Below, in pieces: positions 11,235 to 22,274 of a stretch of 37,689 bases of DNA (position 1 is its first letter; every line of letters begins with the position of its first letter). Source of the DNA: Octopus bimaculoides. Its lineage: Eukaryota. A program made the translations under genes and the position numbers. The notes below the pieces were generated by a model that did no database searches, was not told the origin of the DNA, and was given only the letters and a program-made list of their open reading frames with translations. The stretch covers positions 4,124,819 through 4,162,507 of the forward strand of contig NC_069009.1 of NCBI RefSeq assembly GCF_001194135.2. The letters run 5' to 3'.

Positions 11235-11789
11235 TTGGCACTATCCTGGTATTAGCTGTCTGTCTGTCTATCTATCTCTCTATCACTCGTCCATCTTCGT
11301 TTGTTTCCGTAGAATTTATCAAATTAGAAAAAAAATTTTTTGGCTACTTCCATCACACGAGGGGCATATTTTTGGGGTATTTAAAAGTCCATGTCTCTTA
11401 AGCCAATTAATACTATTTTCTGTTGTAGCGGTGGCGATGGCAATATCGCGGTGATTAATTCCAACTTTGGATTACGCGTGGTGGTGGTGGTGCTGATTGG
11501 TTTTTTAAAACAATGAATAATGCAAAAATTTATTTATTTATAAAGTTTAAACTGAATTTCATTTGTTTAAATTCTACGGAAACGCATTTTCTAATTTGAT
11601 AAATTCTACGGAAACAAACGAAGGTGGACGAGTGATAGATAGATAGAGAGAGAGGGAAAGAGACAGACAGACAGATAGCTCCGGCCAGTCAGTAGCCAAA
11701 GAAACAGATTTCAACTCAAACCAGCAGTAACATTCCTTGTTTGGATTTTTCTACTTTCATTTCTGACAGCTAATACCATGACAGTGCCA
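11235..11789. repeat. Inverted-repeat element (TIR-like) in intron 1 of ZNF gene 2
   Basis: 11279-11331 vs 11587-11639 are reverse complements with 1 mismatch in 53 bp; outer arms 11235-11260 vs 11765-11789. A homologous arm lies at 37385-37530. Confidence 0.8.
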
Positions 11790-12061
11790 CAACCTTAAGT
11801 GTGACACTGTGTTTATCTCTCATACAAGTGTTGCGGTATTATTACCAATCACCATTGACCAAAAGAAATTTGGCTGTTGTTTCTAGCACATCGTACGACC
11901 ACCTTCCTTGTTTCATTGTCATTCTAACATGTATTGATGTTTTTCTGTATTTTTCTTCCATTAAACACGTTTATGCTATTAAAAAAAAACTTCCATTTAT
12001 GATTTTGTCAACCCCACTCCCTCACCCCCATTTCTTTCTGTTTATAATTTTAAAATATTGT

Positions 12062-12110
12062 AGGCGTAGGAGTGGCTGTGTGGTAAGTAGCTTTCATATG
12101 CTGAACCATG
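12062..12110 (+). mobile_element. SINE family 2 head fragment
   Basis: GGCGTAGGAGTGGCTGTGTGGTAAGTAGCTT. Confidence 0.7.
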
Positions 12111-12744
12111 GCTAATTTGCAAAGAACATGCCACCTCATTGATGGTTGCTCTCAAAAACAAAACAGTCTCTCAAACTTGTTGAATCTCTATGTTACTAGT
12201 GGAGGTTGAGGGGCCTCTTGCTCCCTCTTCATGATGCTTGTCCAGCCATTTTAAAACTTCTTGATCTTCTCATACACACTTCCACATGTTGGGGTGCTGT
12301 GCCCATATTGTAAAACTTGCAATGAATTTCAGCACCTGACATACCTTCAGACCACAGAAATCAGATCCTTAATCCTTGTTATTCCTTGGGGCACACTGCC
12401 AGCAGAACAGCGATCTTTACCCTTTAACATAAAGAAAACCGGAGCAATCACGGTCAAACTCTAGTTACATAACCACAAGAGTACCACCCTAAAGATAATT
12501 TTGGTGAAAATGCAGATAAATTTTTGACTTTTTGTAATGTAAATCTTTAAAAGTAATTTGCAAAACTTGTACTTGACACAATCACAATATTTGAAGACAG
12601 ATTTTCTTAAAAATTATTCTAAAACTTTTAGAAACACTGAATGACATGAACCTTTTGTGTAGTTTTGTTTTTCTAAGATTTTTTAAATAGTAAATAATTT
12701 TTACAAAAATCTTTTCCAATATAATATAGACCCACACTTGGGCC

Positions 12745-12885
12745 TTTTCTCACTTTCTGTCTACCGAATCCACTCAAAAGGCTTTGGTTAGCCCAGAGTG
12801 GAAGACCCAAGGTCTCTCACAGTGGGACTGAACCTGACACCATTTGATGTGAAGGAAATTTCTTAAGCACACAGCCATATCTGCA
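12745..12885 (-). mobile_element. SINE family 2, degraded 5' half
   Basis: TTTCTGTCTACCGAATCCACTCA..GGCTTTGG..CAGTGGGACTGAACC..CACAGCC. Confidence 0.65.
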
Positions 12886-13395
12886 CCAATCTTTATAAAA
12901 GTAGTAAAATGTCTTATGTTATGTCTTTATGTCTTCATTATCTTCTCCATCTTATGCTGTTGTTTCTCTATTATTTCAGATCATCAGAAGACACTGGCAC
13001 CAAAGAATTGTTTACATCATCATCAGTATTGATCATCTTTTAAATTCCAAAGCAAGATGTTAAACATAATTGATATAAACCTTTTTGTATAAATCTATGA
13101 GGAATTCCTGTGAAATATTGCTTCTCAACTGAAATTTATAGCAACATTTCTCTAGCACACTGGAGTTTCTACAAATGGATTTTACAAACAAATTAAAGTT
13201 GGTTTTATTTACAAAAGAAACTTGCTGAATCTGCAAGCATCAATGAAGACTGCGATGTTTGGAAGTACAAAAGTTGAAATGTTTGTAAGAGATGAACTAA
13301 AAAAGTTGGAACCAAGAAACCTATCTTCATATTGTTGTGAAAGAACGAAAATGAATAGTGTTAGAGATTTGAAGATTTAATTTTTGCAAAAAACA

Positions 13396-14784
13396 ATGTC
13401 AAGGAAAATTAGAAAACCATATCACTGTGATATCTGTGGCAGATTGTTTTCTCAAAGAGCTATCTTAACTATACACGTACGTATTCATACAGGAGAGAAA
13501 CCATATCACTGTGATATCTGTGGTAAAACATTCTCTCAAAGTAGTAGCTTAACTTCTCACGAGCGTAGTCATACTGGAGAGAAACCATATCACTGTGATA
13601 TCTGTGGTAAGTTATTCTCTCAGAGACACAATATAGCTAGACATAAACGTATTCATACAGGAGAGAAACCATACAACTGTGATAGCTGTGAAAAATCATT
13701 TGCTGGAAATAATGACTTGATGAAACACAAACGTGTTCACACAGGAGAGAAAGCATATCACTGTGATATCTGTGGTAAATCATTCTCTCAAAGTTGTAAC
13801 TTATCTTCTCACAAGCGTACTCATACAGGAGAGAAACCTTATCACTGTGATGTCTGTGGTAAATCATTCTCTCGATGCGATAGCTTAATTAAACACAAAC
13901 GTATTCATACAGGAGAAAAACCATATCACTGTGATATCTGCGGTAAATCATTTTCTGAGACGGGTTGTTTAGCTTCTCACAAACGTTCTCACACGGGAGA
14001 AAAGCCATACCACTGTGATGTCTGTGGTAAATCATTCTCTGGAACTGGTTGTTTAACTTCTCACAAACGTATTCACACAGGTGAGAAGCCATATCGCTGT
14101 GATATCTGTGGTAAATCATTCTCTCTAAGTCGTAGTTTAACTTCTCACAAGCGTACTCATACAGGAGAGAAACCTTATCACTGTGATGTCTGTGGTAAAT
14201 CATTCTCTCGATGTGATAGTTTAACTAAACACCATCGTATTCATACAGGAGAAAAGCCATATCCTTGTGATATCTGTGGTAAATCATTTTCTGAGACAGG
14301 TTGTTTAACTTCTCACAAACGTATTCATACAGGAGAGAAACCTTATCACTGTGATATCTGTGGTAAATCATTCTCTCAAAGTAGCAGCTTAACTTCTCAC
14401 AAGCATAGTCATACAGGAGAGAAGCCATATCACTGTGATATCTGTGGTAAGGCGTTCTCTCAGAAACATCACATAACTAGACATAAACGTATTCACACAG
14501 GAGAGAAACCATACAACTGTGATAGCTGTGAAAAATCATTTGCTGGAAATAATGACTTGATTAAACACAAACGTGTTCACACAGGAGAGAAAGCATATCA
14601 CTGTGATATCTGTGGTAAATCATTCTCTCAAAGTAGTAATTTATCTTCTCACAAACGCACTCATACAGGAGAGAAACCTTATTGCTGCAATATCTGTGGT
14701 ATATCGTTCTCTGAAAGTAATGCCTTCATTAGACACAAACTTATTCACTCTGTAGGGAAGTCTTATCCCCGACATTTGTCGTAA
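13396..14784 (+). CDS. C2H2 zinc-finger protein (ZNF gene 2), 16 fingers, starting at the first in-frame ATG after an in-frame stop
   Basis: 16 periodic C2H2 units. The ORF track starts at TTG 13384, but the first ATG is 13396. An in-frame 45-codon ORF (13243-13380) precedes it. Confidence 0.85.
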   Translation: MSRKIRKPYHCDICGRLFSQRAILTIHVRIHTGEKPYHCDICGKTFSQSSSLTSHERSHTGEKPYHCDICGKLFSQRHNIARHKRIHTGEKPYNCDSCEKSFAGNNDLMKHKRVHTGEKAYHCDICGKSFSQSCNLSSHKRTHTGEKPYHCDVCGKSFSRCDSLIKHKRIHTGEKPYHCDICGKSFSETGCLASHKRSHTGEKPYHCDVCGKSFSGTGCLTSHKRIHTGEKPYRCDICGKSFSLSRSLTSHKRTHTGEKPYHCDVCGKSFSRCDSLTKHHRIHTGEKPYPCDICGKSFSETGCLTSHKRIHTGEKPYHCDICGKSFSQSSSLTSHKHSHTGEKPYHCDICGKAFSQKHHITRHKRIHTGEKPYNCDSCEKSFAGNNDLIKHKRVHTGEKAYHCDICGKSFSQSSNLSSHKRTHTGEKPYCCNICGISFSESNAFIRHKLIHSVGKSYPRHLS

Positions 14785-14970
14785 ATCATTCTCATAGATA
14801 GGTAACTTAAGTAGACACAATCATATTCACACACGAGGAAAACCATATTAGTGTGATATGTTGTAAATCATTGATACAAAGAGATGATTAATTAAACACA
14901 AATGAATTTTTACAGAAGAAAAACCATGTCTCTTTGATATCTGGTAAATCATTCTCTAAGAAATATACCA
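14785..14970 (+). pseudogene. About 2-3 decayed zinc fingers in the 3'UTR of ZNF gene 2
   Basis: Residual AAATCATTCTC, AGACACAATCATATTCAC, AAACCATAT..TGTGATAT and GAAGAAAAACCAT motifs with indels and stops. Confidence 0.7.
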
Positions 14971-15741
14971 TAACTTGTGAATTTTTCTGTTGTAAACAAC
15001 AGGCAATGGTTCTGTAATTTCTTGCTGAACAGACTGCAGAGGTGATCTGTTTATTGTGATCAAATGTTTGTGCTGTACATTAGCTCACTTCCTCCATCAA
15101 ATCAATATTGCTTGGACAGATGCAAAATGTGTCACTCATAGTTGTCAAGTGTCTTGCTCAAGAATCCAATGATCAGTCCAGGAATTGAAACCACAATCAA
15201 AAGATTGTGGATGTGACACCCTGAGTACTAAGCCATTCACCACCACAAATACTGTAACTAGATAGAAATGCATTCATACACAAAATAAATTAATATCACT
15301 GCTAGATCTGTCATAAATCATTCACTGAGACAGTAATTTAGCTACATCATCATTGCTTTAATGTCTCCTTCTCCACACTTGAGTGGGTCAGACACTATTC
15401 ATTGAAGCAGATAATTCCTGGCCAGCTGCCTCTTCTGTTACCAGCCCTCTCTCCAAGGAAGGTGATATTTCCCCATGACTGGACATGTTTCCATGGAAGA
15501 TTGGAAAGGAAAGACACAGGTTGCATGATGGTGATACGTGTTTATAATCATCACATGATGTGAAATCAAAGCGACACAAACATGCACACGTGGATATGTA
15601 TATACTTGAGAAGATCAGTTCAAAGAAATATTTGTGAAGGTTTGCCATTGCTGTTGGTTGTAGAATCAGTTTAGAGTTGTCTCTCTTGGTATCTGCTGCT
15701 GAACAAGTTTGAAATGCTTCCAGAGGGTGTTTTGTGCTGAA

Positions 15742-16090
15742 TCATCATCTTCGTTTAACGTCCGCTTTCCATGCTAGCATGGGTTGGACGATTTGACTGA
15801 GGACTGATGAAACCAGATGGCTACACCAGGCTCCAATCTGATTTGGCAGAGTTTCTACAGCTGGATGCCCTTCCTAACGCCAACCACTCAGAGAGTGTAG
15901 TGGGTGCTTTTACGTGCCACCGGCACGAAGGCCAGTCAGGCAGTACTGGCAATGGCCACGCTCAAAATGGTGCAATTTATGTGCCACCTGCACAAGAGCC
16001 AGTCCAGGGGCACTGGCAACGATCTCGCTCGAAAATTCCACGAAGGCCAGCCAGGCGGCCCTGGCAGCGGTCACGCTCAAAATGGTGCAT
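15742..16090 (-). mobile_element. RTE-type LINE 3' end (5'-truncated) with (GAT)n tail
   Basis: Same 3'UTR as 23271-23636, 21503-21707 and 31010-31245. The longer copy at 20330-21170 links this UTR to RTE ORF2-like sequence. Confidence 0.8.
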
Positions 16091-17898
16091 TTTAACTTTT
16101 TTGTTTCAAGTGAGAATTCTTTTCTCCATAACAATCTGTAGTGAAAAACTTTTAAAGGTCCAAATATCTTTTAAACATATTTGAACTGGTCTTGAACTTG
16201 TATGCTTTCTGTCATCTCTTAAATATAGAATATTTCCTTGTTTCAAAAGGCTTGTTTCTAGATATTTCTAATGTAGAAATATTTTAATCACTGGAACCGA
16301 AATTGTTACCATCAGTTGCCAACACCAGTTAACACAGACATCAATAGTCTTCCCAGAAGTGAATTTCTTACAATAATAGCAAGACAGTAGAGATTGTTCC
16401 TGTCATATGAAAGATGAACAAGCCAGTTTGGGTTCTGAAAAATTTATTAATTTATTACATCATGAAAAAAACATTTCAAAAGCAATAAGCTTCAACATCT
16501 TTGTATATGAATTACTCAAAAAACAAAAATAACAAATGTTCACTTCTGAAAATTCCTTGGCTTATATTTGTGTCAGCCATAAACATTTCTCCAGTGATTA
16601 ATAATATCCTGTCATTTGATTAATTTCTTGCTGCCTACTTGCCTGCAATTTGACAAGCTAGTTTGCCAGATTTGCTACATAAACTTATCTGATTTGGCAA
16701 AATTTTAAGGTTTTACTGAACCACTGTAAGGACATTATATAATTATTCATTGCTCCAATAAGAAATGGCACCCACTCATTTTACTCACATTGTACCTTGA
16801 AGATCAACTCTGACACCTCATCAACACTTTTATCTTTCTCCAACTCAATCCGATCACTCCCATCCTCTTTTATAAATGTGAATAGCCATGCAGCCTCTCT
16901 GACAAGAAAGCTGCTGTGTTTTGGCCACTTTTCTCATCTTCAAATCATGCTTTACATCATATAGAGATTAAAGTAAAAAAACAGAGAGAGTTACAGAAGA
17001 GGTGGGGAGAGGAGAGGGAGTAAATGACAGTGAGGTTATACAAATGAGAAGTTTGTTATATTTAAAAAAAATTTTAAGTGAAAATTGTATTGGGAAAGAT
17101 GGAAAGTTCACATAAGATGTGGAAGGTGAGTGTCTTGTAACTTTCTGAAAAATAGAATTTTATGAAATTCTGTTGATAAAATATAGAAAACTCATATAAC
17201 CTTTATTGCAAATATGCACATGACAAATCAGTTTTTATCTAGTTTTATTTTAAGTAAATATCTTTCTTTTGAAAATTAGTATTTCACCAAAAAATTTATT
17301 TGATAAATGTCAAATTGTAAAAATTGCCTGTGTGCCATATTTCCTGATATTATCCATTGTGCATAAGTATATTTTCAAAGATATCTGTCACATGACAGGT
17401 AATGCTCTCTCTTTATGTATATATATATATATATATATTTAGTTTTAATGGATTAGTCACTTTGCTAAGGAGAGATGGTGATTAAGGAGAAGACTCAAGA
17501 ACAGTTCACATGGTTTACTTTGTATAGCACAGGACTAGGAAATGAAAGTTAACCTGGAGAAGCAGCTACAATTACCATCATATGTCCAACGGAGTTTGTT
17601 GAAAACAGATATCATTGTTTTGAAAATAACAAGGTAGCTAATCATGTTGAAGTTGAGTGTGTCTAGGGAGAGGGGGATGGAGGAGGTGCAAGAGAAGAGT
17701 TGGTAGCTGACTGCCACAGGGCTGAGCAGAGAATAAGGGGTTTGCCAATGAAGATGATAGGTAGGGTTAGTAGAATATCACTAAGACAGGTCTAGGTTTG
17801 ATCAATCTAGGTTACAACATTGATGCTGTGTCCATGTACTGTATGCGTAGATCATGTTAAACCAAATATACGTGTGTGTGTGTGTGTGTGTGTATCTT

Positions 17899-18287
17899 TT
17901 ACCCTTTACTTGTTTTGCTCATTAGACTGGTGATTTTGGAGCATTGCGTTGAAGAATTTTTATCAAATGAATCAACAATAGTATTTAATTTAGTGCTAAG
18001 CCTTTTACATATTCTTACCAGTCTCTTGTGCTGAACCACTAGGTTACAGGGAGGTAAACAAACCAACACCTGTTGTCAGGCAGTGGTGGGCAAACACACA
18101 TACAAAGACATATACATGCACACACTCACATATATATACGACAGGCTTCTTCCAGGTTCTGTGTGCCAAATCCACTCGCAAAGCTTTGGTTGGCCCGAGA
18201 CTATAGTAGAAGACACACATCCAAGGTTCTATGCAGTGGGACTGAACCCAGAACCATGTGGTTAGGAAGCAAGCTTCTTACCACAGA
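17899..18287 (-). mobile_element. SINE family 2, old diverged full-length copy
   Basis: Colinear degraded match to 7390-7786. Confidence 0.7.
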
Positions 18288-18519
18288 GTTACTATATATA
18301 TGTATAAGTTCACCAGCAATTTTCCTGTAGCATATGGTCCAGCACTTCCTATAATGTAGATAAATCACAAAATTGAACTTATAACTCTTGTGTTTTCCAG
18401 CCTAGTTAACTCTATGACTACAAGTGGCATTGAGTATGTCTATATATATTATTTACAAGTGGATTACACTGTACTCGTTAGTGGTGAACAGCTCTGCTGT
18501 TCATTTAGCTTAAGATTTC

Positions 18520-19081
18520 GGATCTTTTTTAAAACGGGGGCCACATTTTTCATTAACGAAACACTTTGAAACTTGGAACACTGGTAGAATGTGTCGTATA
18601 AAACATCTTTTTCTCTTAGTCTTCTTAAAAAATAAAGAAATCCCTAAGTTATTCCATGTTAAAGTTGTTGTATTTCTGTAATTTCAACCAATCACTGACG
18701 TCCATTCAGCCGATATACATTAAGTGCCGACTACATAAACAAACGATTCTGAAACAATTCTATCGGTGATAGGGTTAGGGTAAAACAGCAAATTTAAAAA
18801 GAAAAAAGCAAATAAAACGAAGAAAATGAAAAAAGCAAATAAAACGAAGCTATGGCTTAATCAGCCAAAGGAGTAAATGTAAACAACTGAATACTTGTCA
18901 GTGATTGGTTGAAATTATCGAAATAAGACAATTTTTTACATGAAATAAATTCGAATCCAAAAATCTTTTTCTGTTCTATAACACAAAATAGATAAGTATA
19001 CGAAGTTTGAAAGTCTTTCCGTACCAAAAACACTACGTAAAACATTAATGAAAAATGTGGCCCCCGTTTTAAAAAAGATCC
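18520..19081. mobile_element. 562-bp non-autonomous DNA transposon (MITE-like) with perfect 37-bp terminal inverted repeats
   Basis: GGATCTTTTTTAAAACGGGGGCCACATTTTTCATTAA (18520-18556) has an exact reverse complement at 19045-19081. An internal inverted pair AATTTCAACCAATCACTGAC is also present. No ORF. Confidence 0.8.
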
Positions 19082-19665
19082 AAAATTTCCATTAGCGATG
19101 GCTACTACAAGTAAGAGAACTGAGCAAGTCAGTGGTAGTGTCTAACATAAATAACAATCCATATTGCACCACAATAAAGTAGGACTGTTGTAAAAAATAG
19201 ACCATGGTCTTGTCTCGATATGGTAAACTGTGTGATATAATTAGTAATTAAAGCATGATTAATAGGTTAGAGGTATGTTAACAGATAATTATAATGGGTG
19301 ATAGACGGTCTGGCAAAATGGTTAATACACCAAGGTTCCAATAACAAGGATACCTGAAAATTAGTGCTGGACCTACACGTTTGCGTGTGTAAATAAGCTT
19401 CTTGGAAACAGGCCGAGGTTTGAACAAACTAAGCCTGTAAGAGAGTGTATACTATATGACCTGAAACAACCAGTGATCCCAGGATACAACATTGATGATG
19501 TGTCTAATCATTGCATCTGTAGGCGTATGTAGACCTGATACAATTTTCCCAGGTTAATCGCTTAGACTGTGAAGTAGATTTTATATATACTTATATAGAA
19601 ACTGTCTGTAATTTATAGCAAGATGTAAACCAATGTAGAAGCATTGAAAACAATTAGATATTAAA

Positions 19666-20102
19666 TTACTGTTTTTTTGATCCTGTGAAAGCTGAAATAA
19701 CCTGATATGGTTTGCTCTGATACTTGCGACTCTCCATATTTACATTTTCAAATTTATTCTTGCTAAGAACCTTCATATAATATTCCACATCAATATTGCC
19801 ATATTTCAGTAAACCAAATTTTTTTGAAAGTTTTACCTTTTCATACTGAATTGTCGTTATCATTAATGAGTTTGGCTTTAAACAACGATGCAGCTCTTGA
19901 ATACATTTGTCAAAATCAGGCCAAAAATAAAAAGAATTGCAGTGAAAAATCCGATCAAAGGAATTTGTTTCAAATGGCATTTCCATAACACTTCCAAGAT
20001 GTAGTTCCACCTGTTTATTACTGATGCCTTCACTCAGTCGTTTACTTGTTAATTCAAACATATAAGGCGATAAGTCAAGGCCATGTAATTTCCCTTTGCC
20101 AC
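19666..20102 (-). CDS. Class I SAM-dependent methyltransferase, coding exon 3 of 3
   Basis: Acceptor TTCTTTCAATTTAG|GT at 20103/20102, phase 1. Encodes GKLHGLDLSPYM..MPFETNSFDRIFHCNSFYFWPD..ELHRCLKP (methyltransferase post-I, II and III-like motifs); stop at 19666-19668. Confidence 0.9.
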
Positions 20103-20141
20103 CTAAATTGAAAGAAGAAAATATATTAGTACATACATTAT

Positions 20142-20236
20142 GGCTGTTTGGTAAGAAGCTTGCTTCCTAACCATATGGTTCTGGGTTCAGTCTAGTATAG
20201 CCTTGGGCTGACCAAAGATTTGTGAGTGGATTTGTA
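20142..20236 (+). mobile_element. SINE family 2, degraded head fragment
   Basis: GGCTGTTTGGTAAGAAGCTTGCTT..GGGTTCAGTC..TTGTGAGTGGATTTG. Confidence 0.65.
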
Positions 20237-20329
20237 TATTTTATATACAGACATTGAACTTTGGGGCAGTCCTCTGGTGAACTCTCCAAGCCAGGCCAAC
20301 AGGGAAGATATATATGTTATGATCTGCTG

Positions 20330-21170
20330 GATGAGTAATGTCAGTGTGCATACATGACAGAGTGTAAGTGCCCCGAGAGAAAAGTTGGGCATAAGAAGCA
20401 TCAAATGTGGTGTGCAAGAGAGGCGATTGCATGCACTTGTATGGTTATGTGTTATGTATGGATGAGGACAGCTGTGTGAGGAAGTGCCACTCCCTAACTG
20501 TGGAAGGAACCTGTGGAAGAGGTAGACCCAGGAAGGCATGGGATGAGGTGGTGAAGCATGACCTTTGAACATTGGGCCTCACAGAGGCAATGACAGGAGA
20601 CCGAGACCTTTGGAGATATGTTGTGATTGAGAAGACCTGGAAACTAAAGTGAGATCGCAGCCATGCCTGTCTGACCCAGTTAAGAGTACCCCTGATGTGC
20701 CATATGATATGATATGCTTGAGAAGACCTGTTGAGTAAAGTAAAACCAATATCGTAACTGGCCTGTGCCCTCTGACTGGCTCCTGTGCTGGCAGCACGTA
20801 AAAAGCACCATCCAAACGTGGCTGATGTCAGTACCCCCTGACTGGCTCTCATGCCAGTGGTACATATAAAGCACCGACTGAACGTGGCCGATGCCAGTAC
20901 CACTTGACTAGCTCCTGTGCCGGTGGCATATAAAAAGCATTATCTAAACATGATCGATGCCAGGCCCACCTGACTGGCTCCTCTGCTGGTAGCACGTAAA
21001 AAGCACCCACTACACTCTCGGAGTGGTTGGCATTAGGAAGGACATCCAGCTGTAGAAATATTAGATCAGCCTGGAGTCTGGTGCAGCCACTGGCTTTCCA
21101 GACCTCAGTCAAACCGTCCAACCCATGCCAGCTTGGAAAATGGACGTTAAACGATGATGATGATGATGAC
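20330..21170 (+). mobile_element. RTE-type LINE 3' portion (decayed ORF2 C-terminus, repeat-containing 3'UTR, (GAT)n tail)
   Basis: Homologous to 26520-26880 (GTGCAAGAGA..GGTAGACCCAGGAAG = GRPRKTW motif); ends ACGTTAAACGATGATGATG. Confidence 0.8.
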
Positions 21171-21845
21171 TACAAAAGCATCACAAAACTGTCAGTCAGA
21201 GCTTCACGTTTCCGTTTGTCGGACAATTGTGATCTAGTCTTGACCCAACTGTTTGATGAGTGGAAACGTGAAGCTCTGAGTAACAGTTTTGTGGTGTTTT
21301 TGCAGCTTNNNNNNNNNNNNNNNNNNNNNNNNNNNNNNNNNNNNNNNNNNNNNNNNNNNNNNNNNNNNNNNNNNNNNNNNNNNNNNNNNNNNNNNNNNNN
21401 NNNNNNNNNNNNNNNNNNNNNNNNNNNNNNNNNNNNNNNNNNNNNNNNNNNNNNNNNNNNNNNNNNNNNNNNNNNNNNNNNNNNNNNNNNNNNNNNNNNN
21501 NNGTGGCCGTTTTCGTGCGGGTGACACGTAAAAGCACCCACTACACTCTCTGAGTGGTTGGCGTTAGGAAGGGCATCCAGCTGTAGAAACTCTGCCAAAT
21601 CAGATTGGAGCCTGGTGTTGCCATCCGGTTTCACCAGTCCTCAGTCAAATCGTCCAACCCATGCTAAGCATGGAAAGCGGACGTTAAACGATGATGATGA
21701 TGATGACTACAAAAGCATCACAAAACTGTCAGTCAGAGCTTCACGTTTCCGTTTGTCGGACAATTGTGATCTAGTCTTGACCCAACTGTTTGATGAGTGG
21801 AAACGTGAAGCTCTGAGTAACAGTTTTGTGGTGTTTTTGCAGCTT
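21171..21845. repeat. 138-bp direct duplication (21171-21308 = 21708-21845), each copy a ~130-bp hairpin with 41-bp imperfect arms
   Basis: Identical sequence on both sides of a gap plus an RTE tail. Arms CAAAAGCATCACAAAACTG..GAGCTTCACGTTTCC / GGAAACGTGAAGCTC..CAGTTTTGTGGTGTTTTTG. Confidence 0.8.
21503..21707 (+). mobile_element. RTE 3' end (young subfamily), 5' part lost in gap
   Basis: Near-identical to the reverse complement of 23271-23470. Confidence 0.85.
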
Positions 21846-21949
21846 TAATAAAAATAGGTGTGTGTGTGTGTGTATACACATAAATATTTACATATATATA
21901 GTAGATGTCAAGACTGTGATGGTAGTGACAGTGGTGTATGATGGTGGTC

Positions 21950-22085
21950 AGGCTTCTTTCAGTTTCCATCTACAAAATCCACTCTCAAGGCTTTGGTTGG
22001 TCGGGGGTTATAGCAGAAGACACATGTATAAAAGTGCCAAACATTGGAACTGAACCTGAAACCATGTGGTTGGGAAGCAAACTTT
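21950..22085 (-). mobile_element. SINE family 2, degraded 5' half
   Basis: CTTCTTTCAGTTTCC.TCTAC.AAATCCACTC..GAAGACAC..GAACTGAACC..ACCATGTGGTTGG. Confidence 0.65.
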
Positions 22086-22138
22086 CCAACTATTCAATCA
22101 TAAATACCTTAATACAATAATTTTTTTATCCAAATTAC

Positions 22139-22274
22139 CTTTGATCTTCTGATAGGCTGCTTCTAGACCCAAGCCAGGGCCAAAACCAACTTCAAGAACA
22201 TAATAGTCAGGTTTAATGTTACAATGTTCAACTGCAGCTATTTCTACTTTTCCATTTATCCTCAGGAGAAAGTG
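22139..22274 (-). CDS. SAM methyltransferase, coding exon 2 of 3 (motif I)
   Basis: ATTTTTCAG|CAC..AAAG|GTAATT. 136 bp encoding HFLLRINGKVEIAAVEHCNIKPDYYVLEVGFGPGLGLEAAYQKIK with glycine-rich motif VLEVGFGPG; phase matches exon 3. Confidence 0.9.

Noticed and set aside
21150-21180. DDDDDDYK peptide resembling a FLAG tag (also at ~21690-21715)
   Set aside because: It is the (GAT)n RTE tail followed by chance TACAAA; there is no vector context.
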